A stretch of DNA of 64,000 bases from Chrysomallon squamiferum (GCA_012295275.1 CM022671.1:25730001-25794000); one strand, 5' to 3'. Shown: positions 27,701-42,600, counted from the first letter of the stretch. Notes: a model not told the origin generated them from the letters alone. Translations and numbers: made by a program.

Positions 27701-28145
27701 ACATTAATAATAATAAAAAAGAATACACAAATGTATATTCCACAAGATTTACACACATTTACATGAAGTTAAACTGCAGGTGATAACAAAGCTGTTAATA
27801 TCATATAGTAAATCAAATTTTTACTTGTACTTAAAAACCACTGAAAACAAACACTGTGGCAAAAAACATGAATATTATTAAATTAAAGAGTTGTGCATTG
27901 AAAACTGAGGTGAAATTGTAGGCACTTGATAGTAGTGAAGTTTCTTATTTTGGTTAAGTATACGCACTGTACATAAATTTCCCAGTGCTGTTGTATATAA
28001 ACTGCCTAACTGTTTTCTTTGCATTTATTTTATCTTAATTCATAAAAACCTTTTCCAGAACAAAGTTTATCCCTTTTGAAACTGTCCCAAATACTTTTTC
28101 GGTTATTTCAGAATCAGTTATCAGTTACTTCTTTCACTTTTCACA

Positions 28146-28227
28146 TTTCAGTTTCAGTTTCAGTTTCAGTTTCAGTTTTCAGTTTCAGTTTCAGTTTTCA
28201 GTTTTTTCAGTTTTCAGTTTCAGTTTC
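28146..28227. repeat. (TTTCAG)n hexamer repeat
   Basis: Seen directly, with some 7-nt variants. Confidence 0.85.
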
Positions 28228-30355
28228 ACTTTTAGTTAATTTTCTTTACTGTACTGCTGTAACGTGAACTGAACGTGTGACTTCACGATTGTCCTTCTGT
28301 TAAAATTTACCTTAAAACGCAATATTAATGTATAATGCTTTCACCATCATAATACTATCATAATGCCAATGGCTTGCAAAAGCTTTCACTCAGTTTTACC
28401 ACTGCTGTAACTGTAGCAAGAGGTATGAGGGTAATAAATAAGTGAATAACCATCTAGAGACACTGTGTACTGTTAGAAAACAAAGCAGATAATATTTCAT
28501 TTGTGTGTCATCTAAAAAAAAACAAAAACATTTTTAGCTTATTTTTCATTTTGAAAATGAACCCTGTTCACACAGATTAGAATTAAATCTTAAACCCAGA
28601 TTATACAAATAGATATCCCCAAAGTGTCATCAAATTTACAATTAAGCATCCAAATCCATTCACGGATCTACAATTAAGTATCCGTGAAGGTACTCACATT
28701 AACAATAAACATCCAAATCAACATCCAGTTTACAATTAAAGATCGCTGGCTAGGCTCAAATTACCATTAAACATTGTAGTAAATTTAAAATTGCATTTGT
28801 ACTTTCCACGTTTACTGAAAATTACAGTAAAGATGACAGTAACATACAGAATTTAGTCTATAGAGGCATTCTCTGTGTATTTATAAAATACACTGAGAAG
28901 ACGATAAAATGGTGAACTATCTCACACATTTCCTAAATTCTGTCTTTAGTGTTTTAAAATTTTCTGATTTTATTCTGATTTTTACTCTACTCATTTTTTG
29001 AACAAATATCTTGTTTGAATACAGATTGAAAATATACAATTTTGAATTATTGCCATTTTACTAAAATCTATACAATATTATACACATGTTTTTCTAGTTT
29101 TGATTGTGGTATTGTTTTTTTTGTTGTTTTTTACTATACTTCCATCTTTTGGGTTTATACTTTATTTTTCTTATTTATTTTATTTCATTTCATTTCATTT
29201 CAATTCATTTTATTCTATTTTAATTTAAAATTTTTAATTTCATTTCATTGGAATACTGTTAAGCAAAGACCCTAGTTTTTTTTTTTTTTACTCCAGTTAA
29301 CAAGCAAGAAGAATTTATGAATTTTGTTTAGAAGTGACTCACAATTACCCATACATAAATAAATACACGGAAAAAAGGAAAACATGAGATCACAAAAGGA
29401 AATGTGGTCATTTTGGTGTGCTGGAATCATTGCAGAATCGTCACATTTTCACTGAAACTGTTCTAACACACAAACACACACACACACCCACGCACATACA
29501 GATATATATAATATATATAAGATATATGTATATACAGACTTATTTACACACATACACTAAGACACATGTAAAATATGTATAAAAATAGTACCGACCCATG
29601 GACACATCTAAACTGAGATGCACCTCCAGATGATCAAACGGTCAGCACCAAAGTCTGGGAATCTAAGTTTAGCATTCGAGTTTTGAAAAAAAAAAAAAAA
29701 AAAAAAAAAAAAACATGCAGGCACACAACGCACAGAGAAATACACAGTGACTGGGGAGGTTAACACCGACATGAAAACAAAAACACATGTAATAATGAGC
29801 TTGTCAGTCAAACTGAAATTTTGGCCAAGTCCTTCTTAGCCAATAGCATTCGTTAATTCCACACGACGAGAATCTACTGCAAACAAATGGTGATGTCACA
29901 CATTTCAGTTTTAGTTTTCCACTTTTTTTTTTTTATTGACAGATGTTGTATGTCCGTCCGTCCGTCTGTCTGTGATAACAAGAATGTAAGAACCAGATGA
30001 AAATCCACCACTTACAGAACTGAAATGAAATTGTTATCAACTGTTTTGGATCGTCCATGTATGTTGTCTTCCTTTTCTGTTTCACAATGAATCTTTTGAG
30101 AATTAAAGAGGTATGCATCAAAAAGAAACTTCTTTTGTGTTTTTTTTTTTGTTTTGAAAATATTGTCTTGAATCCTGATGAAAACGGCTTCTTCCTCGGC
30201 ACATAAACTGTTTTAATCAAGTCTCACAAAACCTTTAGATGAGCACCAGCCTGTTCGAGTCATCAGCCGAAACGACCTCAGACCAACTGTCCAATCAGAA
30301 GGTGCAAGAAAAACCTGAGAAATTTTTAAACTGTCCAATCACAAGGCTCATTTCG

Positions 30356-30398
30356 TCAGCCCCATACATGAACCACTGGTGGAACTATGACTGGAGAG
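30356..30398 (-). CDS. NLK: NLK terminal coding exon, distal acceptor: (S)SPVIVPPVVHVWG*
   Basis: Acceptor ttttgtgttctgccttttgcAG, phase 2 matching the previous exon, TGA at 30358-30356. The PP..VW ending resembles the known NLK C-terminus (PPSPLVWE). Confidence 0.7.
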
Positions 30399-30416
30399 CT
30401 GCAAAAGGCAGAACAC

Positions 30417-30449
<33 letters not shown>

Positions 30450-30487
30450 TTATAAAAGGACCAAGATCAGGGTCAAGGTCAAAGCAG

Positions 30488-30584
30488 TTAGCAGCCATAA
30501 GGAAGATTTGGGCCTCTGGATTTACTGGCAAGATTTGAATTGTGGTGTGAATGAGACTGGCTGCGTGATTTTCGACCTTTCACA
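30488..30584 (-). CDS. NLK: NLK candidate alternative terminal exon, proximal acceptor: (S)VKGRKSRSQSHSHHNSNLASKSRGPNLPYGC*
   Basis: Acceptor gatctttgtatgttttttcAG, phase 2, open for 31 codons to TAA at 30490-30488, GC-richer than its flanks. Confidence 0.5.
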
Positions 30585-31606
30585 CTGAAAAAACATACAA
30601 AGATCAACATTAACAACATGAATCACTTCACACACAGCTTGCTATTTCGTGGTTTTATATGGTACGCCATTTAATAATAGACTTCATTTATTTTTTTTCT
30701 TGTTATTTCATTTTCATACATTTTATACTATTTCTTAGTATCTGAAAGAATACTGTTTCACAATTTTATACATTATACTATTCTTATTCTTCCAATTTTA
30801 TTTTTTTATTTTTTTTTATCTATTTCAGTTTTATACATTATTCAATTTCTTAGCCTCCTAAAAGTATATTATTTCAGTTTCAGACATTATGCTATTTCAT
30901 AGCTTTATATATTATGTTATTTCACATATGTTTCCATTTCATAATTTTATATATTATACCATTTAACAGTTTGATATATTATATTATTTAATAAATTTTT
31001 CATACATTAGACTACTTCATAGCTTCATACTTTATACTATTCTATAGACTATTATGTTCCACCATTTTATGGTTATATCAGAAAGTTTGACAGTTTACAC
31101 ATACAATAACTATTTCATAATTTATATATATATATGTATTATTTTTTTATTATTTCATAGTTTTAAACATTACCAAAACATAATAATTACTACTGATTTC
31201 TATTACATTTTTTTTTTTTTTTTTAAATTAATATCATGTGCATAGGTTAATACACTGACTGGAGGTGATCGTAAAACATAAAAATAATATATTTACTTTT
31301 TAATTGATTTAAGGGTTGTCAGTACTAGTTGTCACCCCTTTGATGTATAGTAATTAAACAGCAATGTAGATTATTAACCATCAGATAAAACTGAAGTATC
31401 TCACAGGCATTTTTCAGTAACACAAGTTCAATTATCAGAATTGATTTTTACACCAGAGAGTTTCGTGTATAGTCAATCTTCAGATGATTAGCATCTGAAT
31501 ATACAGATTTGATTTTTTTAAGAATAATATTTACAATCACTATCTTTAACAATATTATTATTATTAATTTATTATTGTTTTACTGTTATTATTACTATTA
31601 CTACTA

Positions 31607-31607
31607 C

Positions 31608-31673
<66 letters not shown>
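31607..31673. repeat. (TAT)n microsatellite
   Basis: Seen directly. Confidence 0.9.
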
Positions 31674-31677
<4 letters not shown>

Positions 31678-31707
31678 TGAATCTAATGTAAACAGCGAAG
31701 CACAAAC

Positions 31708-31804
31708 CTTTGGAAACTCTTGAATGATATAGAATTTGGATTTAAGCAGAGTGGAACTCGTTTACCCTTTTGTTGTTGTTCTGATATAAATTTGTGCAAT
31801 TTTT
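31708..31804 (-). CDS. NLK: NLK exon (97 nt): EKLHKFISEQQQKGKRVPLCLNPNSISFKSFQ(S)
   Basis: AG/GT boundaries, phases 1 to 2, conserved RVPLCxNPxSxxFKSF motif. Confidence 0.93.
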
Positions 31805-32732
31805 CTGAAAACCAAAAAAAAAATACATTAAATACATTAACAAATTTTTCAAAGCATTTATAAAATACACGCATTATTAAACATCTCTGGATTTATCCAA
31901 CGCTTATCTGAATGTGAGTAATATTCAGCAAATAATGAATGAATGAGTGAATGAACGAAACATGATTTTATTGAATGGCTTAATTAATGATTAAATGAAG
32001 GACTAAATGAATGACTAATAAATGACTAAATGATTTAAGGACTAAATTAAAAATTTAGTGAATGACTAACAAATACTGAACAACTAAATGGACTCATTTA
32101 AAGAACAGATAAAGATAGGACTAATAAATTCTGAATGACTGAATGATGACTTAGTGAATGTGTAATAATTATGAAAGACTAAATGATGGTTTGATGAATG
32201 ACTAACAAGTTCTGAATGACTAACATGAAATTGTTTAACAAATGAGTAACAGTTTACCAGGTAACTGATGAATTATTTAACTGTGTGTATGTTACAGGTT
32301 GCTACATAATCAGAGATGCCTTGGTTAATTCCCACCACATGTAAATGTTTGCAAGACAAATTAGTTTCAAGGCTAATTATAGTTAATCAGTGCACTGCAT
32401 TTCACTGTTGTTCACTGCATTTGCACAGAATATTATTACTACAGCTACAGCAACATCTGTTATCATCACCATTATTACCATCATTATCATCATCATAATT
32501 ACATTTTAAATTCGTTTTCTATCATTCATCAGTTACAATGGGATATACAAAGACTAAGCAAATAAATAAATAAATAAATAAATCAAATAGGAGAGAATAA
32601 TACACAGAAATCCAATCAGTTATATGGATGTATGTATGTTCCACTGACAAAGTCTACAACTGGTGATAAGGGATCCTGCTATCACGACCAGCAGCAAACA
32701 CACGAAGCCACAGAGTAATGAAAAGAGGTTAC

Positions 32733-32931
32733 CTTTGACTTTTGATACTGAAGTTAATTCATCTTCAAACTGGTAACTGAAAGGTTGTGAGCAGGCAGGT
32801 TCAAAGTCATTGGTGTAGTGGCGCCCGTTGGTGGTGTTGAAGCAGCATTTGCACATGCAGGAGTGGTAGCGCAGACGACCCTCGTCAAGGTATGGGTGCG
32901 TCAAAGCATCACTGGCTGTTATTCGTTTGTC
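32733..32931 (-). CDS. NLK: NLK exon (199 nt): DKRITASDALTHPYLDEGRLRYHSCMCKCC...ELTSVSKVK
   Basis: AG/GT boundaries; kinase subdomain XI plus the NLK-specific HPYLDEGRLRYHxCMCxCC. Confidence 0.97.
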
Positions 32932-33540
32932 CTGAAAATAATGTCACCATTTTGAAATATTTACGTGTGTAACCCTCGTTAAATCTCAACATTATCCCTA
33001 TGGTAATAGTTATATATATATTATATTCACTGCACTTGGACAGATGAATATGTAATATACTGGAGATTCTGTCTTATGGTATAGTGACAATTAAAGTAGT
33101 CATAATTGGTTGGGAAGTCAAAATCATGACTTGCATACTGCAGGTACTCAAGATGGTAGCATAAAATGAAACATCAAAATTTGATTAAAAGGAGAAAGTT
33201 CACTGAAAGAATATAAAATATGTTTTGATAAATCATCTTACTTCAAGCAAGTCAAAACATTTTTTTTTTTAAAACAAGAATCAAATATATTTAATACAGT
33301 AATGTTTTATTTATATATATTTTCACAATAAAACATTCTAATCAGAATTATGGTAAAATAATAAAGATTACTGAAGCTATTTTCAAACTAGGTCACTTGT
33401 TACTGAGATGAAGTCTCGACTTCATAAATAATGAATCCAATTTTGGTGCATTATGATAAATGAAATAACAAGGTTTATTATTGAACTTCTGCATGGATCT
33501 TTAATTCTGACACCCAAACCCACACCCACACCCACACCCA

Positions 33541-33601
<61 letters not shown>

Positions 33602-33802
33602 ACACACTATGCTTCATATAAACACAGAATATACAAGCAGTCTCACAGCCTAACAGAGCATCCACATGCATTTACACTCACAAGTATACACAGTCACACA
33701 CACACACACACACATGCACGCATGCATACACACATACGCACACAAAAATACAAAATGTACACTGCCTATGTAACGAACATATGTTAAAATAACTTTACAT
33801 AC

Positions 33803-33991
33803 TGGATCGAATACGAGCATTCTGCATAGAAGATGAACAGCCTCGTGCGTCGCCTGAGATGAAAGAGTGTACAGGGCAGCTAAAGATGGGGGCTTGTGAG
33901 GTTGTCTCAGAATGTGAGCCTTGGCACCCTCGCATGCTGTCCGCATGTCCTCTATGGCTGGAGTTCCCAGCAAATCTGTTATCAGATCCAG
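33803..33991 (-). CDS. NLK: NLK exon (189 nt): LDLITDLLGTPAIEDMRTACEGAKAHILRQPHKPPSLAALYTLSSQATHEAVHLLCRMLVFDP
   Basis: ttttcAG / GTatgt boundaries, phase 0-0, sequence characteristic of NLK. Confidence 0.97.
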
Positions 33992-36358
33992 CTGAAAACA
34001 AAGTAAAAGGTTGTATTAGTATGTTTTCATTTGTATGCTGTTAAAACAATGTATCAATGTGCTTTTTCATTCATGCACTGCAAAAAGTTGCGTCACTGCC
34101 GGTGTAAATATTTATACACAGTAATGATGTATGGATTGGCACCTATTTGTACACAGTAAAAACATGTATTAATATGTATTTATTTATATACAGTAAAACA
34201 AAGTATCAGTGTGTATATATTTATAAACAGTAGAAAGATATATCAATCAATCAGTGTGAGTTTGTGTGTGTACTGTTTATTAATATATATATGTATATAG
34301 TCTCTGCCAATATTCTACCCATCCCACAGTATTTCCTTGTTCATTGGCAAAGTTTCTATATCTGTTTTAACATTGTTTTAACATTGCTGTGTATTAAGTC
34401 ATACAACTAAACATAGAAGAAAAAAAAGGCAGGTAAAAGGTAGCATCTGTAGGATTTTTTTTTGTTGTGGTTTTAGTGTCCTACTTCATTATTATTATTA
34501 TTATTATTATTATTTATTATTATTATTATTATTATTATTTAAATCAAAGCTTAATTAATAATCAAAGACAATAATTATATTAAAAGTAAGTTTGTATTTT
34601 TCTGTTTAAAATTATATATATATATAATTAAAAACAACAACAACATCTTAAGTTGGTTTCTACAAAAAATACAACATAACATATTAGTAATAAATAAAGT
34701 TTCTCTTTTTCATTTAACTTTATTTTATTTTATTTTATTCTAAATTATTTAATTTATATTATATTTTTTTTTTTTTTTCTTATCCTAAAGCATTTGTACA
34801 AACCATCTTTTAAAAAAAAAAAATAAAAAAAATCACAGGAAGCTACCCAGTTGAGAGCAGAGACTCCAAGGTAAATTTATTAATAAAAAATTCATGGCTC
34901 TGAACAGATCAATACTTGACAGACATGGGGGAAAACGGTGATGAAGCAAAAAGCAGAACAATCGACTTGACACTACAAAGGGTTTTTCTCTTTCTGCAGT
35001 GGTGCACATCAGTAACAGCACAGTGAATCAGAATGGGCACCAAGAGTGATTTAGGATGAATTAAATAAGGACAAGTTGCTGCAACTTTAAAGAGGTGCAG
35101 CTGAAATAAAGTTCTGAATGGATCTGAATTGAAAGTTATTTATAAATACATCTTCTTCTTTTTTTTTTCCCCAGTTTAATGTTTAAATAAATAAAAATAA
35201 ATAAAAAAAAAAATAAAATAAATATATAAACATTAAAAATTAATTTACAGACCTGTTTGATTATGTGGATGTGTGTGTGTTATACAAGAAATATTATTAT
35301 TCATTATTCTCAGTAAAATTAATTCGTGTACTATACATACACAATATGTATATGTACACACACAAATACACACATGTATGCACACATTTTTAAAAACATT
35401 ATACATTTTGGTGGTAATATATCAAATTACAGCATTATGCAATATTCTGTATAAAATAAAAAGTAAATTTTTTTTTGTGTTTTTAAAAAAAAATATCAAA
35501 CAACAGAAACAAAAACACAGTTCCATAAATATTCAGAATACAATTAAACATATGTTATGTCATACAGAAAATAGCGCCTGATGTGTTACTTTCAGTTACA
35601 TTAATGTATTAAACACCTGTACAAAACACAACAATTGAAATGAGATACTGTCAATAAAATGACTTTACTCCTAAGTCAAAGGTGTTAGAAAACGAAGCCC
35701 TGCCTAGGATCAATGAAAGCACACATGCTCATGAAATGAAATAAATCAATTAGTTTGGCATTTCCATGACAACCAGGACAAAACATGTCAGTGGTTAGAG
35801 AGACTTTATGGCCAATGAAATTTTATGCTATGTTGACATGTTTTTTTTTTGTTGTATTTATTTATTTATTTGTTTATTTATTATTATTTTTGAAAAAAAA
35901 AAAATTTTAATTTTTTTATTTATTATATATAATTTTTTTATTTATTATATATATTTTTTTTAAGCTAAAGAGGTCATAAAAATAGCCAGCAGAAAGGTCT
36001 AATATTGCAGGACGGTATAACAATAAAAATAAATAATTGGTTGCCATTAGCATCAGATTATTATTCTCAACTCTTGATGAAATGCACTTTACTAGATACA
36101 TTATACATGTATACTACATTAAATGAATTTAATTAAGAAAAATAACATTTAAAAAAAGAAAACATAAGAATGAAAAAAAAAACAAAAAGACCAAAATGAA
36201 ATGAAAGAAAAATTAAAGAAAAAATTTAAAAAAAAAACAAAAAAAAAAAAAAAAAAAAAAAAATGATATAAATATCAAATGAAGAACAAAACAAAAAAGA
36301 ATATACAATGTAAAAAAAAAAAAATGTGTTGTACAGACAGACAGACGGAAATTCTCAC

Positions 36359-36568
36359 CTGTTGTATAGGACTTTGAGCTTGAAAGAGTATTCGTCTGCT
36401 AAGCAGTTCAGCAAATATACAACCCACAGACCATATATCAATGGCGGAGGTGTAGTGTTTGGCACCCATGAGAATCTCTGGTGACCGGTAGTACTGTGTC
36501 ACAACTTCCTGTGTCATGTGGATTGCTTCATCTGGTTCATCTATTCGGGCTAGGCCAAAGTCACAAAC
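36359..36568 (-). CDS. NLK: NLK exon (210 nt): VCDFGLARIDEPDEAIHMTQEVVTQYYRSPEILMG...FQAQSPIQQ
   Basis: DFG motif and the TQE activation loop (NLK hallmark in place of TxY); AG/GTgag boundaries. Confidence 0.98.
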
Positions 36569-36789
36569 CTGAAATTAAAAATTAAAATTAAAATAAAAAT
36601 AAAATTAAAAATAAAAAATTAAAATTAAAATAAAAACAAAATTATTGGATGACGTTTGTATTTTATTTTTATTTTGTTATCATCATCATCATCATCATCA
36701 AAATCATCAAATTCGTCATTTTACTTCTTTTATCATCATCATCATCATCATTTCTTTTATTATTATTATCATCAGTGTCATGATTTTTA

Positions 36790-37014
<225 letters not shown>

Positions 37015-37440
37015 TTATTATTATTTTCATTAAATCCATTTGTGTGTGTGTGTGTCTTGTTTTGTTTTTAATTTCGAAAAAAAAAAAATTATAATCATTC
37101 TAGAAATTCCTCATGACAGTTTTTAAATGAACATGTTTTATTATTATTACTACTTTTGAAAGCCATTTATACAAAGTATTACATTATAAGACATCAGTAT
37201 TAATTTTTAAGTTATAATCTGCTATTAAAATAGTACAGTATTTTAATACTCTGTTGTAATTTTCCATAATGGTATCAGTTGTAACAACGTATAACAATGA
37301 TCTTTAAATGTTACACAATGTATACTTTTATGGGCAAGTAGATTATTAAATCTTCTCTTCTTTGTACGCGTGCATTAATATATATAATTACTGACCTGTA
37401 CACAGTACATCATAACAAATAAATGTAAATTAATATTTTA

Positions 37441-37662
<222 letters not shown>

Positions 37663-38443
37663 TTACACAATAATAATAATAATAATAATAATAGTTATAG
37701 TAATAAAAACATAGCTTAAAAAATAAACAAATGTAAAAGTGTTAAACAAATTTTTTTAAATTAAAACAAAGGTACTAATAGAAATATAATTTTTACAGTT
37801 TAGATAGTTGGGGCTTCTTTTGTTCATTTTTTTTTTAAACTGCTTGTGTATCAGATAAAAGATCTATTCTTTCATAGTAATTAAAAGTTTGAAGACATTG
37901 TGCATTTACTGCATTTTTCAAAAACAATACCATCACTGATTAAAAATAAAAATTATAATTTATTTGTATTAAATTTGTAATTTTCATATTATTCCAAACA
38001 TGAAAATTAACCTGTAGAAGTAATTTACTGACAATGATCTGTTAAACTAACGGACATTTAATACCTCATTTTCATAATAAGCATTCTGAATTTAACACAT
38101 GTACAGTGGTGCTATAATATTATTAAGAGTGGAAACACAATACTTATTGTTGCTAAATATGAAATACCGAGTTTTACATGCAGGAGAAAATCAGCTGTTG
38201 CAATGCTACTTTTTATAAACACACAGTTTTTTTAGACTGAAATTTAAACATGCTTTTCCACATGCAAGACAGAACGCAGCATGGTCTTTGATAAAGCAGT
38301 TATGCACTAGTTTGGGTGGAACATAATGAGTAAGTGATTGGCCAGTAGACAGGTGTATGACTGTATGGATAGTGATGGGAAAATTACAAAATAGCTTTAT
38401 GCAGGAACTAAATATGTAAGCAACAAGCTTGGTTGTATCCTAA

Positions 38444-38700
38444 AACCCACCAAACCTCAGAACTTCACTCCACAACCCACCAAACCTCAGAACTTCATTT
38501 CCACAACCCAACAAACCTCAGAACTTCACTCCACAACCCACCAAACCTCAGAACTTCATTCTACAACCCACCGAAACTGTTGACCTGATTCCACCATCTT
38601 GCACTCCCCAGACTTGAGTTTATTACCCACAACACCTCGAGCTTAATCCCACAAAAACCACCAAGACTAAGACTTGATCCTCCAGCCTGCCAAGCCCCAG
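38444..38700. repeat. 30-bp minisatellite (aacccaccaaacctcagaacttcactccac), ~4 good copies decaying rightwards
   Basis: Seen directly. Confidence 0.85.
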
Positions 38701-39539
38701 GCAAGGAACCCGTCCATTAAGCCACATCATGCTCCCAACTTGTCAGACAAAGGCAATTATGGCAATATTACACATTAGAGTTTCTCCTGAGCAGGTCAAT
38801 ACAAATCCACTAACTCTGATTATTTCTGCTTTTTACTTTCTGTATTGAGTTACAAGCCAAACAAAATAACTGGACACGTAGAAATTAATTATGTGCATAT
38901 TGCATGACAAATTGTTTTTCTTTGTTCACAGCAAAACCATAACAGAGTAACAAAAATCTGAACTTTCTGTTTGTCAATGCAGTGCTTTATATATTTTCTT
39001 ATTTTCTTTTATTTTATTTTATTTTCTGATTTTATTTCTTATTGTTTATTTTTTATTTCCACGTTTGTGATGTATTCAATTTTGATTTAGTTTTTTAGGA
39101 TCAGGAAGGTTAACTAGATACAATAAAAATTCGGTATAAACACATCCATTTCTTTCACAATGTGCATAGAGAATACATTTATTTCTAACTGAATGCTAGC
39201 TAATCTTTGTTTTTATCTATTTTAATTTTATTTTTATTAATTTATTTGCCCTTGCTACCTCTAGGGAAGAAATATAATACCAACAAAATGCTGACTTTAT
39301 TTATTTACCTACTTACTTTTGTATCAGCATAAGAAATAAAACATGAAAATATGTTGTTGTTTTTTTCTGTATTTGTGATGTACTTTTATATATATATATA
39401 TATTTATAGAACATAGAGCCTAATAAACTAGGTAGAGTGTGTGTGGAATGCATTCCAATGTTGTTTTTTGTTGTTCTTGTTTTTTTCTTAATAATACAAA
39501 TCACCTCATCTACCACTATGAAGGTTTAACCTTTTCTCA

Positions 39540-39635
39540 AAAAACCTTGATCCACCATGATTCTCTAAAATCTTGATCCATCACGATTCTAAAATATTAA
39601 TCAACCATGATTCACTAAAATCTTGATCCATCATT
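39540..39635. repeat. ~25-bp minisatellite (aaaatcttgatccaccatgattctct), ~4 copies
   Basis: Seen directly. Confidence 0.75.
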
Positions 39636-42600
39636 GTTGCTTCTCAAAAAGCCCAAAGACAACAAACATCCATTCTCTGAATTGTTGTTTCCAGCAGGGA
39701 ATTCAGCTTCCATTTCTTTATTTCTTTCTTTCAGTTGTGTTTGAAAACAGCCGGCCTGTGTCTGACCTCTGTGACCTGGTCAGAGAGTGTCTGTCAGTCT
39801 GAAACACACTCTCAACCTCACACAATTAAAAAAACTCTCCACTATCGCCTAGCTCTCTCTCTCACTCTCTGGCCATTTTCAGACCATACACATGCAGTGA
39901 AAACATCAATCACAGCAGCTGTGACATATATAGCGTATTAAACAGTGATTGCTATACAACGTTTTCCCCCAACTGCTATACAATAATATATATATGTGTA
40001 TATACACATCTCTTTTGTAGCCACAGTTTGCAATCAGGTAAAAAAAAAAAAAAAAAAAAAAATAGAAAAAAGAAAATTGTAAAGTCACAAATCAAGCTGC
40101 AGTCCATTACCATTTGCAGGTCATTACAGCTGTCAGAGGTTGGTTTCTTGCAGGCAGTCTCCAGCAAGACAATGAGGCCTGATCAATAGATTAGAAAAAC
40201 TATGGAAATTTTTGTTTTGTCAAAGTGTTAACTTGCATGTGACATGGATTGCATGCGAGGCAGTCATTACTCAGGGGAGTGGGGCATGATTTGATGATGA
40301 TGATGATAATGATGATGATGATTATTGGTGAACTGAACAAATCACTGATCTGTGATGGAACGGGTTCATCATCAATGTACTAAAAGAGTGTGCTGGAACA
40401 ATTGTACGATACGGAGACAGACAAAGAGAACGTGTGCTTTAATTGAGAGGAAACACTTTGTTTCGAAAAAATGCAAATTTTCAATTTTACCGTGAGAGAA
40501 GAAAATGTTCCAAGCTCAAAATCAAAAATGATTAGATAAATACTCACAGAAGATGAGTTCAAAATGTAAACAAAGAACGTATTTTTTAAATATCTTAACA
40601 TTTACTGCATGAGTTTTTTATGTGTTTAGACAGACAGACAGATACCGACAGATGTTTAACATAATTATTGTTCTCCACATTCTTCACAAACCACGAACAA
40701 AAAGTACATACAACACAGAACGAAAACCTGACGATTTTTTAAACAGACATCAAAAACTGCTATGTGCCAGCAGTGAAGTCACTCTTGGTTATTTGGCTAC
40801 TGAATGGTAATGCAAGATGAAATGTCAAAAAAAGGTTTCGTTTACTTCCATCAGTGTCTGTAAGGAATTAGAGAAAAATCTAAAATTGAGGTAATTACTG
40901 TGAAGTACACTGACTCATGCTGTAATAGTTACACACACACACACTTTGTTGGCTGCAAGAAGCTGTGTCTGCCTTCTTGGTTTATATATAATACACATAT
41001 CCGCAGCCAAGTTTGTCTATTTGGAAAAGCTTCTTCTGGGTTTTTTTTTCTTTTTTTGTATCAGAGCAAGCACTGGAAAAACTGATGATGCAATCTGCCA
41101 TGTATGTGCATCGCACAATGCTTCTGAAGTCTGTGTACAGTGCAATCTTCTAAATCTTTCCATGCAAAACCCTAGCTGAATGTGTCCCTCCATGATGTAA
41201 GCTTGTAATCTGTCAGTATTAAAAAGTATATGGTAGGAGATCAGAGGGAAGTGGGTAATTGTTACTGGAGAAAAAATATTCATGCATGTCTTCTCTGCAG
41301 AAATGTTCTGTAAGTATATCTGTTATGCCTGATGTTATCGAAGAATTCTGTTCTTAAGTAACACATTGATCTGCCAATCAGAAGTTAAAAACAACAACAG
41401 CAGCAGCAACAATGACAACAACGATGACAACAACAAACAACAACAACATAATATGTTTACACAGAAACAGACTACCAGAAAGACAACTGTTGGTGGTGTT
41501 AGAGAAGTGAATGCTAGTTTGTCAGTGTGATGTGTGTTATTAGTGTTACAGAAAACATTATTTCACAACATTCAGGTTTCAGCCTGTGCTAACGAGGTAC
41601 ACACGGCATGGTGAAGAGTTTAATGGATGGCCAAATTAATCAATAGCGTAATGCAGCACTACTGGCTAGTGATGAGACAGAAACAAATGTAATGGCTGAT
41701 TACACCTTAAAGCAACCAGATCGGGACTGAATTAAGGTCACCTACATGCTACATGCTTTAGAAACACAGATTAAAGTACAGTTTCTGATAACGGGATCAT
41801 TTTTTATGTAAAACACAGGTTATCTACTCTTGTTCAGAGGTTACTGCATATGAAATATATTACTGGTCTCTTTATAGTATATATTCAGTTAGTTATTACT
41901 ATAATTGTATTTATATATGTGTGTGTGTATATAGCATAGCATACATTCAAGTGTATCTAATGCATTTTTAAAATACTGGTATCACAAATTCTAACATAAA
42001 GTACTTAAAACTCAACAGCTTCCTCAATGGAAAATAAGCTGGACAAAAATCTTCCTCTATGATATTTTTATCTCTGGGTTATTTGGTTCATTTTCACAAG
42101 TTAACATGAATCAAAATAAATAAGAGACTATTTTTAAAATGAAGATGAAAGGAAAATATAATTTTTGGTGATGTTTATATCTTTCAGTAAATCGTGATGA
42201 AGTGGGGTTTTTTTTTTATCTCTTGTTGAGGGATTATCTATGATGGCATGTAGATTTTATTTATACTAATATCTTGTATTTATAAACAGAAATAAGAAAA
42301 AGTTGTTCAAAACATTCATGAAAGCTTTTTATTTTTATAGTTATTATAAGCAAAGAACTTTTTTCTTCTTTTTATTTCAATTTATACAACATATATTTAA
42401 GTTCGTTCATACCTGAGTAGGTATAATTTTAAATAAATTGGTTTGATTAGATTTTATTAGTGATTTATTCAGATTAAAATTCTAAAAAAAAACTGAATTT
42501 TAAAATTTATCATTAATGTCAAATAAAAAAAATATATATATATATTATATATATAGAATTTTAAATGAATTTTACTATACATTTTATTTAGTGTTTTGTA

